DNA from: Synechococcus sp.
GTDB lineage: Bacteria > Cyanobacteriota > Cyanobacteriia > PCC-6307 > Cyanobiaceae
NCBI GenBank assembly: GCA_047285305.1
Contig: JBJBDL010000003.1
Coordinates: 1,088,001 to 1,152,000 of the forward strand
Direction of reading: 5' to 3'
Length of the DNA stretch: 64,000 bases
The position numbers were made by a program, and so were the translations under genes. Positions 45,895 through 56,936 of this stretch are shown here, piece by piece; position 1 is the first letter of the stretch; each line of letters opens with the position of its first letter. The notes beneath the pieces are model-generated. The model ran no database searches and was not told the DNA's origin. It saw nothing but the letters and a program-made list of their open reading frames with translations.

Positions 45895-46860
45895 GGCTAC
45901 TCACTGAAGAATGAGGAGATCCGGGCGGAGACATCGCACCATCGCGTCAGCCCCCTCTATCGGCCGGGCTGACTTCCAACAGCCGTTGCCGAATTAAAGA
46001 TGCGGGACTACGGAACCGCGAGGAGAACGATGTTCGCCCCGAGCGATGCGATCCGTTCCATAACGCTGACGAGGAGTTGTGCAATCCAGTGCAATGCACT
46101 GAATCTTTCCCGTTATTGGAAGACGGGGTTAAGCGCAGAAAGCCAGCCCCATCCACAGTTGCCGTGGGATGGGGGCTGGATTGTCTGCCAGCTACGGGTC
46201 GCTCTCCCGTGCTGCTGCGATGGTTCACTCAGCCGTAAGAGGAGATGTCGCAGGATCCATTGATAGGGAGTCCCCATTGGTGCTGCACACCATTTTTCGG
46301 AGAGCTTTGGGATCAAGGATTTCTTCCGTGAAGGTCCGATAAGCAGGTCGCGATGGCTACAGAAAGTCGTCGTTTGTCCTTCTAGTGCCTATTGATTCAG
46401 TAGCCAATACGAGACATCACGCGATCGTGATAATCACGCTGGTCCCACACCTGCTGGATTCCCTTCTGGCAAGGCAGGCAAATTTCTCATAGCCATAGAC
46501 GTAACCAGCTCAGCCACCAGCAGAAATTTCTGAGGGTCTTTATGTATGAGTAAGGACGCTTTCGCCCCCATGCTCGCGTTGCCTGATGGCTTGCTTGGTA
46601 GGCGGCTGACTTAGTCCTTACGCGCTTTCTTCACTACCAGTCCGGCTTCAACTGCAGTTCTTGCGGCCAATGCCCCCAACCCTCTTAGTCCAACCAACTG
46701 GTTTTGGATTGCTTCTGCAGCTCCGCTCCTTCTCCCAGGACTGCTCCGAGAACGAACCAGGTGCTGGCCACAACAGCAGCTGTTCACGGACGTCATCTGA
46801 CCTTGAGCTGACTGCCCGCTAAGGGTGAATGAGAAGACAAAGCAGTCGAATGTCTTTCCC

Positions 46861-47391
46861 TTATTCCGGCACCACCATTGCTTCTTGAGATTGAGCTGAT
46901 GTACGGGGCGAGGTTGAGTCAGAAGCTGGAGACTGTTCTGGAGGGTTCCCCTCAGTACTTGTCTCAGAGGCCACATCCTCAACCTCCGAAACCGGTTTAT
47001 CAGTCGCTTGATTTACTAAGGACTCAGGTTGAGATGGAGGGGCTGCGACCCTAGTGGAGCAGTCCCGTTTGATTTTTTGGACATCTACTGCAAATTGATT
47101 GGCTGCTCCCCCTGCCAGTAAGGCTTGCGGCATATCTCCTAGTTCCTCCATCAGGACTGAAAATGCTCGGTATCGAGGAACAAGCAAGTCCATCCCTGCA
47201 GTGATCTTTCCGCTGTTGGCACACAGCCCATCGAGGTCAAGGTCTGCGACCTCCTCAAGGCTCTCGTCCACCTCTTCGAGAAGTTCGTTGATCTGCGCTT
47301 GAAGCTTCTCTGCTACCTGAGCGGCTGTCGGCTCCGCGGGCTCACAAGCAGCCAGCAACAGCAGCGGCAGAAGCAGCAGAAGTCTTTTCAT
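46861..47391 (-). CDS. Lipoprotein with acidic helical domain and disordered tail
   Basis: MKRLLLLLPLLLLAAC lipobox. Confidence 0.75.
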   Translation of the reverse strand: MKRLLLLLPLLLLAACEPAEPTAAQVAEKLQAQINELLEEVDESLEEVADLDLDGLCANSGKITAGMDLLVPRYRAFSVLMEELGDMPQALLAGGAANQFAVDVQKIKRDCSTRVAAPPSQPESLVNQATDKPVSEVEDVASETSTEGNPPEQSPASDSTSPRTSAQSQEAMVVPE

Positions 47392-47517
47392 ACCTCTGAT
47401 TGTGCCTTGATCTCGCTTTTGGCGCCCAGCCCATTTGCTTCTGCACTCCGCAGCGGGGAAGGAAGTGGGTCGCCGGATCAGTTGGAGTGCTTAATGCCCA
47501 ACGTGATAGACGTTGGA

Positions 47518-48027
47518 TCACAGTTGGTAGCTGCAGGTTGTTTCCCACTGATCACGACCGCCATAACCGTCGTTTTCCAAGTAGGTCACACGAACATCGA
47601 CACCGTTGATTTCGTTGGCGAGATAGAGATGAGCTACGAAGACATAACTCCCTGGATCCCAGAGAGCCGCTTTGATTGCCTGCTCACAGTTTCGAACTAA
47701 GTCTTGACGCGAAGCGGCCTTCAACCTTTCAGCAGGCTCCACATAAGACTTGAGCTCTTCGCATTTGAAATGTTTGTCTCCTATCCCCGGTTCTGCCTTG
47801 TTGAGTTGGACACGAGTCCAGTCGCACCTCTTGAAGTCAGAGATGATCCCTGCACTCTTGAAATCAAAGTGGGCTTTGCCCTGCTTGTCGGTTAGAGCAG
47901 AAAAAACAGCATCATCTCTAGCCGACTTTGTTGAGAGGAACGAGTCTGCATGGCTGTAGTAAGCCCGAAACCCTAGGCCACTCGCGACAACAAGCAGAGC
48001 CGAGGGAATCCAGTGTCGCCTTCTCAT
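47518..48027 (-). CDS. Membrane-anchored or secreted protein with CE..IK...DP.SY / N.GYGG domain
   Basis: N-terminal hydrophobic segment; CEQAIKAALWDPGSY...VTYLENDGYGGRDQ...C. Confidence 0.65.
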   Translation of the reverse strand: MRRRHWIPSALLVVASGLGFRAYYSHADSFLSTKSARDDAVFSALTDKQGKAHFDFKSAGIISDFKRCDWTRVQLNKAEPGIGDKHFKCEELKSYVEPAERLKAASRQDLVRNCEQAIKAALWDPGSYVFVAHLYLANEINGVDVRVTYLENDGYGGRDQWETTCSYQL

Positions 48028-48092
48028 TGGCCTATTAAGGCCGGAGCCAAGGATGTCAACAGTAGCAATTCAGACCCTCGGCAGGTTCAGTC

Positions 48093-48233
48093 TCAGTGGT
48101 GGCCTTTTGCAGCAAATGCTTCAGCTGACTGGCCGCGAGTGCAGTCACCAGCGTTGGCGCCTCCAATAAAAACAGCCAAGAACATGATCGCGACGATCAC
48201 GCTGCCAAAGATGTAGGAGATAGGAGGTTTCAT
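48093..48233 (-). CDS. Small single-TM or secreted peptide
   Basis: Manual translation MKPPISYIFGSVIVAIMFLAVFIGGANAGDCTRGQSAEAFAAKGHH. Confidence 0.45.
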   Translation of the reverse strand: MKPPISYIFGSVIVAIMFLAVFIGGANAGDCTRGQSAEAFAAKGHH

Positions 48234-48298
48234 ATCGATGAAGTTAACGGCGTTATCAGGCCCGGGTTACGTCATTTGATACGTGGCCAGCGTTCAAA

Positions 48299-48568
48299 TC
48301 AGACCCAAGCAGGCTTGGGGCAACGCCTATCAGCAGAAGCTCGGGAATATTCCAGATACTCTTCCAATGGTTTACCTGCATAGATGCAGTGCCGGTAATG
48401 CCCAACCTTCCGGAATAGGAAATCCATCTCCCGCTTCAGGTCACTCACGTTCTGCTCATATGCCTCTTCTGCATACCTCAGCCTGTAGACGGCCTGCACG
48501 TACGCCTCCTCTGCATCTCGCACCTTGTCCTGGGGTGTGAAAGAGTCAAAGTTCTTCCGGAGTGACAT
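48299..48568 (-). CDS. Hypothetical helical protein
   Basis: 89-aa ATG ORF with internal AEEAY repeat. Confidence 0.55.
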   Translation of the reverse strand: MSLRKNFDSFTPQDKVRDAEEAYVQAVYRLRYAEEAYEQNVSDLKREMDFLFRKVGHYRHCIYAGKPLEEYLEYSRASADRRCPKPAWV

Positions 48569-48648
48569 GTGTCCAAACCGTTGTGAAAATGATGCCAGCG
48601 GTTTAGACCCTTGGGCAGATGTGAGTCACGAGATCAGCGTTTACCCAG

Positions 48649-48903
48649 TTGACGACGCCTCAATCGTCTCGCCACCCCTCCCAAACTCCAGTAGAAATTT
48701 CTGAGGCCCGTCTACGTACTGGCATGGACCTGGAAGCCCCCCATGCCCCTCCTGTTTTTGAAATTTCGCAGGACTGGGCAGTGGCTCAGTCCGCTGTACC
48801 AGCATTCCTCCAAGCCAACCCAGCTTCGATTGCAGTGCCTGCTGCCTGCTGCACAAGGGCCATAGAGGAGGGCCGCCCCTCCCAGGTGGAAGAGACGGCC
48901 TAG
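48649..48903 (+). CDS. Hypothetical protein
   Basis: 84-aa TTG ORF, no recognised motif. Confidence 0.3.
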   Translation: MTTPQSSRHPSQTPVEISEARLRTGMDLEAPHAPPVFEISQDWAVAQSAVPAFLQANPASIAVPAACCTRAIEEGRPSQVEETA

Positions 48904-49309
48904 CTCGCTTGTTCAGGATTGGTCGATCAATTGTTGATCAGCCTCCAGTGGCTACCCCCACAACAACCGTCGCAATAGAAACCACGATGCCTCCCCACTT
49001 CACCCATTCCGTGCCGTGATCATGAGTGTTGGCGAAGAGAAGAGCGCCAAGCTGAAGAACAACAAGCTTTTCGAACATGACAGAAGAGCCAATGGCGACC
49101 TATTTGTAACCGAGAGAACGTGTTCGCACGGTTACATTCTTTTTCAAATTATGTATTGCTTGTTACTTTTTGCGTATTGCCCTGGGTGTCGCCGGCTGAC
49201 TTTGTCGACCAAATTCCGTGGCTGAAGGTGTGGCTAAAGCTTTCTGCTCTCTTTTTTGAAAACTACTGCGCTGCAATCGGTCTGAGCTGTTTCAAGGAGA
49301 AGTGCGTCC

Positions 49310-49356
49310 TAGTTGAAGTACGTCTTTTCCTGCAGGGCAGGGCAGAGGTCGCGCAT
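49310..49356 (-). repeat. Right att-like repeat: stranded 5' end of the aminotransferase gene
   Basis: Minus strand reads MRDLCPALQEKTYFN then TAG, versus LRSLCPALQNKTYFNY in the intact gene. Confidence 0.85.
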
Positions 49357-49739
49357 GGTCACGTCAATGGCGTGAGCCAAAGGATCGGTGTCACCACGTT
49401 GGAAGTGGCTTCGTCGCTCTTTGGGATCTTCGCTTCTTGGCCAACGACTCAGGCCCACCTTTTTCTGAACTGTTTTGCAGCTGTTCGTTCCATCTGCCAG
49501 CCCGACCAACGACGCCATTCGATTTCCGCTGCTGTCAGGCATTGATCGGCGAGCGATTCCTTTTGATTGTTCCCGGTGCCAAAGCGGATAGGGCAAGCTG
49601 GACCAGCGTTCACCTCGATCTCCCGATCTGATTCAACCTTGTCGTGCAGGCTGAATGGATGGTGGTTGTATTTGCTACCGAACCAAATTGATCAGTATTT
49701 CAACTCAGCTTGTCGTCCAATCTGTGGGTTTGGGCGACT

Positions 49740-49973
49740 TCAGCTGGCCTTGAGGTACACCTTGCGGCCATTGGCATCCACCTTGTACCGACCCCCCCGT
49801 GGACCGATGTGAATCACATCGGTGGTTGATGTGTTGATCGGGGTTGGCGGCTCCAGAGGTTCCGGCTCAACCTCGGCGGTGGCTGGAATCTCAGGCGTAT
49901 GTGCTTTCAGGTGTGGTGCGGCCTTGAAGATATTCAGCCCGAGCTTGCGATACAGAAAATCTGCAATTCGCAT
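49740..49973 (-). CDS. Small protein with basic GPRGG (PBCV basic-adaptor-like) C-terminal motif
   Basis: IHIGPRGGRYKVDANGRKVYL. Confidence 0.65.
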   Translation of the reverse strand: MRIADFLYRKLGLNIFKAAPHLKAHTPEIPATAEVEPEPLEPPTPINTSTTDVIHIGPRGGRYKVDANGRKVYLKAS

Positions 49974-50072
49974 GACGCATTACTGGAACTACCAATTATT
50001 TTCCGGTGATGTCAAGTGTGCTTGATGTGGCTGATCCAATTGCCTAGTTCCCATTGCCTCAATGCTGGTTGT

Positions 50073-50780
50073 CTACGACTCCGAACGACTGCTTTGCACA
50101 TCGGGAAAGTGATCGTTCATGCATTCGGGACAGATGCCATGGCTGAAATTCAGCGTGCTGTGCTGCATCAGGAATCGTTCGATCGGCTGCCAGAACCCTT
50201 CGCTGTCACGGATTGATTTGCAGTAACTGCAGGTGGTGATTAAGCCTTTAGCGTGATGCATCTGACAGAATTCATCCATCAGGGCCAGGGATCGGCGTCT
50301 GAGTTCTAAAAGAGTGGTGGCCTGTTCTGCCAGGCCTTCCATCACCTTGTATTGCGAATTGGTGAGTGATTTGGGAATGCGATCAATCACGCAGAGTGTT
50401 CCAATGCGGTGGTTGATGTCTGTTTTCAGGGGGAAGCCCGCATAAAGCCGGATGTGGGGGTCTTCCTGAACGAGGGGGTTGTCGCGGAATTTCTCATCAA
50501 ACAGCGCGTCCTCAACCACTAGAGGTTTGGAATCGAGGATCGTATGGGCACAGAAGGAGATATCCCGGGCGGTTTCGCGGGCCTCAAGCCCCACCTTCGA
50601 TTTGAACCACTGACGCTTCTCGTCCACCAAGGAGATCAGGGCAATCGGAGATTGGCAGATCTCTGACGCCATCCGGGTGATGTTGTCAAAGGCCTTTTCG
50701 GGCTTGGTTCCCAGGATCCGATATTCACTGAGTGATCTCAGCCTGGCTGCTTCGTTGATCGGCTTGGGTGCTGCCTGCAT
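50073..50780 (-). CDS. GAF-domain protein with C-terminal CxxC...HGICPxC module
   Basis: NEAARL, ISLVDEKRQWFKS, SFCAHTI, IRLYAGFPL, IGTLCVID; CSYCKSIRD..W...FSHGICPEC. Confidence 0.85.
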   Translation of the reverse strand: MQAAPKPINEAARLRSLSEYRILGTKPEKAFDNITRMASEICQSPIALISLVDEKRQWFKSKVGLEARETARDISFCAHTILDSKPLVVEDALFDEKFRDNPLVQEDPHIRLYAGFPLKTDINHRIGTLCVIDRIPKSLTNSQYKVMEGLAEQATTLLELRRRSLALMDEFCQMHHAKGLITTCSYCKSIRDSEGFWQPIERFLMQHSTLNFSHGICPECMNDHFPDVQSSRSES

Positions 50781-50884
50781 CGGCCCACCTCACTTGGTCT
50801 GCCAATGGTCTAAGGCATCATTGTTTTATTTTCTGTAAATGTGCTGTGCGAAAAATTTAGCTTTGTGGATTTCACTTTCTTCGA

Positions 50885-51187
50885 TTAATTAATTCTTGGA
50901 GTTGCCTCATAGAGCCACACGCTGCGGCCATCCCTGAGGGTCGCGCTGCTGCGTTGATACACATCAGGCACCTCCTCCCAATCATCCAAGGCCGACAAAC
51001 AACGCTCGGGTACTAAGTACACCTCTCCTGAAATGGCCCCATTGCCCCGATGCAGCATCGGATAGCCCCGGTGCTGCATCTCGATGAAGCCGTCAACGAT
51101 GCCGTCGTGGTCTCGTTTGGCGCCCTTCAGCAAGTGATGGGCGCTGCCGTTGCTTTTTAGTGATCCGTAGACGAAGAGGCGCTTCAG
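50885..51187 (-). CDS. Gamma-glutamylcyclotransferase (AIG2-like) protein
   Basis: [30 protein letters not shown]; start probably CTG at 51187. Confidence 0.8.
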   Translation of the reverse strand: MKRLFVYGSLKSNGSAHHLLKGAKRDHDGIVDGFIEMQHRGYPMLHRGNGAISGEVYLVPERCLSALDDWEEVPDVYQRSSATLRDGRSVWLYEATPRIN

Positions 51188-51429
51188 AGCACCTGCACCA
51201 CTTCACTCACTTCGGGGATCGACTCGCGCATCTTGCGTTCGATGCCCATCTTCAAGGTCATCGTGCTGCTGGGGCAGCTGCCGCAGGCTCCCTGCAGTCT
51301 CACCTTCACGATCGGGCCGTCCAGTTCCACCACTTCAACATTGCCGCCGTCGGCCATCAGGAAGGGGCGCAGCTCATCGAGCACCTTCTCCACGTTCTCA
51401 AGCGTGAGGGCCATGGTTTCAGTGCTCAT
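51184..51429 (-). CDS. nifU: NifU/Nfu Fe-S scaffold protein
   Basis: [33 protein letters not shown]. Confidence 0.95.
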   Translation of the reverse strand: MSTETMALTLENVEKVLDELRPFLMADGGNVEVVELDGPIVKVRLQGACGSCPSSTMTLKMGIERKMRESIPEVSEVVQVL

Positions 51430-51479
51430 CGGGATGAACCGAACATCAAGGTTTCAAGGTTACGGAGTGGCCCCATAGG

Positions 51480-53018
51480 GTGACGAGAGCGGTTAACCCT
51501 CCAGCTCCGGTGCAGCACGACGGTTCGTTCAACCCAGAGGCCCGATACGACGCCGTGCTGGTGGGCGCTGGAATCATGAGTGCCACTCTGGCGGCGCTGT
51601 TGCATGAACTCGACCCGCAGTTGCGAATTCTTCTGGCGGAGCGCCTTGAAGCGCCTGCTCTGGAGAGCACCGCAGCGGTCAACAATGCCGGCACCGGCCA
51701 TGCCGCCAACTGCGAGCTGAACTACTCCCCGATGCAGGCGGATGGCACCGTCGCGACGGCCAAAGCTGTGGCGATCAATGCCTCGTTTGAACGCAGCCTG
51801 GAGTTCTGGAGCTCGCTGCAGGAGCGGGGCGATCTCGACACCAGCAGCTTCCTCCACCAGGCGGCTCACATCAGCGCCGTGTGGACGCCGGAGAACATCG
51901 CCTTTCTGCGTCAGCGCTTCAGCCAACTGAAAGACCTACCGGCCTTTGCACGGATGCGCTGGAGCGAAGACCAGGGCGAGCTCACCGAATGGATGCCCCT
52001 GGTGATGGCGGGCCGCGATCTCAAGCAGCCGGTGGCGGCCACCCGTATTGATCGGGGAACCGACGTGGATTTCGGCACCCTCACCCGGGCCTATCTGATG
52101 CCCTTGCAGAAGAGCGGAGCGCTCAGCGTGGAGTACGGCACCCAGGTTCAAGACCTAAAACGCCTGCGTCGCAGCGACATGACCGAGGCCGACTGGCGAG
52201 TGGTGCTTAACGGGCCCTCCGGGAAAAAAGAAGTGCGTGCCCCCTTTGTCTTCCTTGGTGCCGGGGGTGGTGCTCTACCGCTGCTGCAACGATCGGGGAT
52301 TCCGGAGGCGGCTGATTTTGCGGGCTTTCCGGTGAGTGGCCTCTGGTTGGTTTGCGGTGATGCTCAGCTGGCCGAACGCCAGCGGGCCAAGGTCTATGGC
52401 AAGGCGGCGGTGGGGGCCCCGCCGATGTCGGTGCCCCACCTCGACACCCGCTGGATCGATGGCACGCGGTCGCTGCTGTTCGGCCCCTTTGCCGGCTTCA
52501 GCAGCAAGTTCCTCAAGCGGGGTTCCCTGTTGGACCTTCCCGCTTCCGTGAGGGCCACCAATTTGCTGCCCATGCTTCAGGTGGGGGCCACTAATTTTGA
52601 ATTGGTGCAGTATTTGATCAATCAGCTGCGCCAGAGCCCAGCAGAGCGGCATGAGGCGCTGCAGCAGTTCATGCCCACCGCCCGCGCTGAAGACTGGACC
52701 CTCTCGGTGGCGGGCCAGCGGGTTCAGATCATCAAACGCAGCAAGCAGGGTGGACGGCTGCAGCTGGGAACCGAGGTAGTGGCCTCCGGTGATGGCTCCC
52801 TGGCGGCGCTGCTGGGGGCCTCCCCGGGAGCGAGCACAGCTGTGACGATCATGTTGGAGGTGCTGCAGCGCTGCTTCAAGCAACGGCTCGATAGCGAGGC
52901 CTGGCAGCAGCGTCTGCAAGCGCTGTTGCCCAGCATCCAAGAAGATCCTCAGCAGGATCCGCAGGTGCTGCAGCGGATGCGGGAGCGCAGCGATGCCTTG
53001 CTGGGGCTCACCCCATGA
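51480..53018 (+). CDS. mqo: Malate:quinone oxidoreductase
   Basis: VGAGIMSATL, NNAGTGHAANCELNY, PMSVPHLDTR, AGQRVQIIK, LLGASPGAST. Confidence 0.96.
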   Translation: MTRAVNPPAPVQHDGSFNPEARYDAVLVGAGIMSATLAALLHELDPQLRILLAERLEAPALESTAAVNNAGTGHAANCELNYSPMQADGTVATAKAVAINASFERSLEFWSSLQERGDLDTSSFLHQAAHISAVWTPENIAFLRQRFSQLKDLPAFARMRWSEDQGELTEWMPLVMAGRDLKQPVAATRIDRGTDVDFGTLTRAYLMPLQKSGALSVEYGTQVQDLKRLRRSDMTEADWRVVLNGPSGKKEVRAPFVFLGAGGGALPLLQRSGIPEAADFAGFPVSGLWLVCGDAQLAERQRAKVYGKAAVGAPPMSVPHLDTRWIDGTRSLLFGPFAGFSSKFLKRGSLLDLPASVRATNLLPMLQVGATNFELVQYLINQLRQSPAERHEALQQFMPTARAEDWTLSVAGQRVQIIKRSKQGGRLQLGTEVVASGDGSLAALLGASPGASTAVTIMLEVLQRCFKQRLDSEAWQQRLQALLPSIQEDPQQDPQVLQRMRERSDALLGLTP

Positions 53019-53021
53019 GGC

Positions 53022-53342
53022 TCATTCCCCCAGATTCACCAGCACCACACCGGCGGTGATCAGGCCGATCCCGATCAACTGGGCGGGCTGCAGCATTTGG
53101 CTGTAGGCAAAACGCCCTACCAGCACTATTACCACGGTGCCGATGCCGCTCCACAGGGCATAGGTGATCCCTAGAGGGATGCTCAGTACCACCTTGGAGA
53201 GCAGGGCCATCGCAAGGGCATAGGCGCTGAACACCAGCAGGGTGGGCAGCGGTCGGGTCATGCCTTCCGACAACCTCAGGCAGGAGGTTCCGATTATTTC
53301 AGCGCTGATCGCCAACAGCAGCAGGGTCCAGGGATTGCTCAT
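53022..53342 (-). CDS. SMR/DMT small multidrug transporter
   Basis: AISAEIIGT, IPLGITYALWSGIG; four TM helices. Confidence 0.9.
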   Translation of the reverse strand: MSNPWTLLLLAISAEIIGTSCLRLSEGMTRPLPTLLVFSAYALAMALLSKVVLSIPLGITYALWSGIGTVVIVLVGRFAYSQMLQPAQLIGIGLITAGVVLVNLGE

Positions 53343-53413
53343 GAGCACTGGTGCCGCTCCTTAGGATTGTGACGACGACGCTTTCTGGACCCGAGACGGG
53401 ATTCCGCCGCTGC

Positions 53414-55234
<1,821 letters not shown>

Positions 55235-55348
55235 ATTCCCTAAGTCGGGCACCAGCCTTGGGCTGGGATCGCAGGTGTGGTGCTTACTTCTGTCTTCAGA
55301 GATGAGTGGCTACTGGTGCTGTAGTCGACCTGAATCAGATTTGTATTG

Positions 55349-55797
55349 CTAACGAGGGTTCCAATCGTCCGGGGTTACTTCGATTTCTCGTAACGCAGTG
55401 CCGAAATCAACCGTGCGCTGTAAATCCGGCTCACGGCCGGGGTTGGTGGCCATGGCGGTTTGGATGGCGGCGTGCGAAAGGGATCGGTGGCTGCGGGGCC
55501 GCAGCAGCGTTCCGGTCTTGTCTTCGATCCAGAGACTGTTGTTGGCACTGGAGTGGAACAGCAACCCCTGTTCAAGCCGCGCTGGGTCGTTTTGCCGGCC
55601 ACGGATGGCTTCGTCGCGGAGCGCGATGCTTGGCTGGCCAACTGCTGGTCGTTGGCCAGCAGATTGCGCTGACCGCTTAACAGGCCCACCGATGAGGCCC
55701 CGGTGAAGCCGAGGAAGACCACCAGATATGTGGCCAGCTGCAGCTGGCCTTGCAGGCTGCCCAGCAGCCGTTGTCGCCAGCGCTAATGGGACGCCAT
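55349..55797 (-). pseudogene. Truncated membrane-protein gene, possibly a sensor kinase N-terminus
   Basis: ATG 55797, TAG at codon 5 (55783-55785), RLLGSLQGQLQLATYLVVFLGFTGASS TM segment, frameshift ~55620, continues LFHSSANNSLWIED, then runs into AT-richer sequence. Confidence 0.5.
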
Positions 55798-55826
55798 GGC
55801 TTCATTCTTCCGCGGTTCGGGAGACA

Positions 55827-56699
55827 ATGCATCTGCCTGAAGCCAACCTGCCCGTGACCCGCAGCCTCTCCACTCGCATGGCCCGCTGGGGCCTGGTGAT
55901 TGTGGGGATTTACCTGCTGGTGGCCTTGATCACACCGTTGTTGGTGAGTGCTGGCGTCCTTCCTGACGCCAATGCTGGCCTGGAGAACCCGATCTATTCC
56001 TCTCCCAGCTGGACCCATTGGTGCGGTACTGACCGGCTCGGCCGGGATGTGTGTGTGCGCACCATGGCCGGCAGTGGAGTGGCGCTTCAGGTGGTGTTGC
56101 TGGCGGTGGGTGTGGCCCTGCTGGTGGGTGTGCCCCTGGGCATGGTGAGTGGTTATTTCGGCGGTGCTGTCGATCGCCTGATGGTGCTGCTGATGGACAC
56201 GCTCTACACGCTGCCGGTGTTGTTGCTTTCGGTGGTGTTGGCCTTTCTGCTGGGCAAGGGCATTCCCAATGCCGCCGCCGCCCTTTGTGTGGTGTACGTG
56301 CCGCAGTATTTCCGCGTGGTGCGCAATCAAACCGCCCAGGTTAAGAGCGAGCTGTTTGTGGAGGCCGCCCAGAGCCTCGGGGCGGGGCCGCTCTGGATCC
56401 TGCGGCGCTACCTGTTCCGCAACGTGATCACCTCCGTGCCGGTGCTGCTCACCCTCAATGCCGCCGATGCGGTGCTGGTGCTGGGTGGATTGGGATTTCT
56501 CGGCCTGGGTCTGCCGGAGACCGTGCCTGAATGGGGTGGTGATCTCAACTTGGCCCTTGCAGCAGTGCCCACAGGGGTGTGGTGGACTGCGCTGTTCCCC
56601 GGCCTGGCGATGTTTGTGCTGGTGCTGGGGCTGTCCTTCCTTGGTGAAGGCATTGAGGCCTGGGTGAGCGGCGCAGAAGCCCGGCCCGCGTCAGACTGA
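55827..56699 (+). CDS. Peptide ABC transporter permease (DppC/OppC-like)
   Basis: HWCGTDRLGRD, FVEAAQSLGA (EAA motif), LGFLGLG..PEWG; start uncertain. Confidence 0.92.
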   Translation: MHLPEANLPVTRSLSTRMARWGLVIVGIYLLVALITPLLVSAGVLPDANAGLENPIYSSPSWTHWCGTDRLGRDVCVRTMAGSGVALQVVLLAVGVALLVGVPLGMVSGYFGGAVDRLMVLLMDTLYTLPVLLLSVVLAFLLGKGIPNAAAALCVVYVPQYFRVVRNQTAQVKSELFVEAAQSLGAGPLWILRRYLFRNVITSVPVLLTLNAADAVLVLGGLGFLGLGLPETVPEWGGDLNLALAAVPTGVWWTALFPGLAMFVLVLGLSFLGEGIEAWVSGAEARPASD

Positions 56700-56715
56700 T
56701 CCCATCGGCACGGGT

Positions 56716-56934
56716 GTGATGGCCTGGTGGATCAGCTTGCTGTTGCTGAGCATGGCCGCGTTGCTCTGGAAAAAGAGCTGCGACAGCACCGATGACGTGA
56801 TCGCATTGCTCGAGGGGATCCTTGCCACCACCTTGACGTTGGTGGTGGTGCTGGCCAGCCGCAATCTGCTGCTGGAAACGGCGGTGTTGATCGCCGCGGT
56901 TCAGTTGCCTGGAGTGCCGCGGCGACCGCGCTGA
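56716..56934 (+). CDS. Small membrane protein
   Basis: Hydrophobic 72-aa ORF downstream of the permease. Confidence 0.55.
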   Translation: MMAWWISLLLLSMAALLWKKSCDSTDDVIALLEGILATTLTLVVVLASRNLLLETAVLIAAVQLPGVPRRPR

Positions 56935-56936
56935 TC

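Larger units (their letters stand above)
39039..49355. mobile_element. Degenerate integrative element (genomic island) inserted in the 5' end of the aminotransferase gene
   Basis: Flanking imperfect direct repeat, integrase remnant at the left junction, visibly lower GC, many pseudogenes and orphan ORFs. Confidence 0.8.

Noticed and set aside
45900..46860. Several overlapping short ORFs (46000+, 45947-, 46113-, 46611-)
   Set aside because: No consistent frame or motif; probably decayed sequence, so not annotated.
39039..49355. Island as a prophage or tRNA-targeting element
   Set aside because: No tRNA fragment at either junction and no recognisable capsid, terminase, primase or helicase genes.
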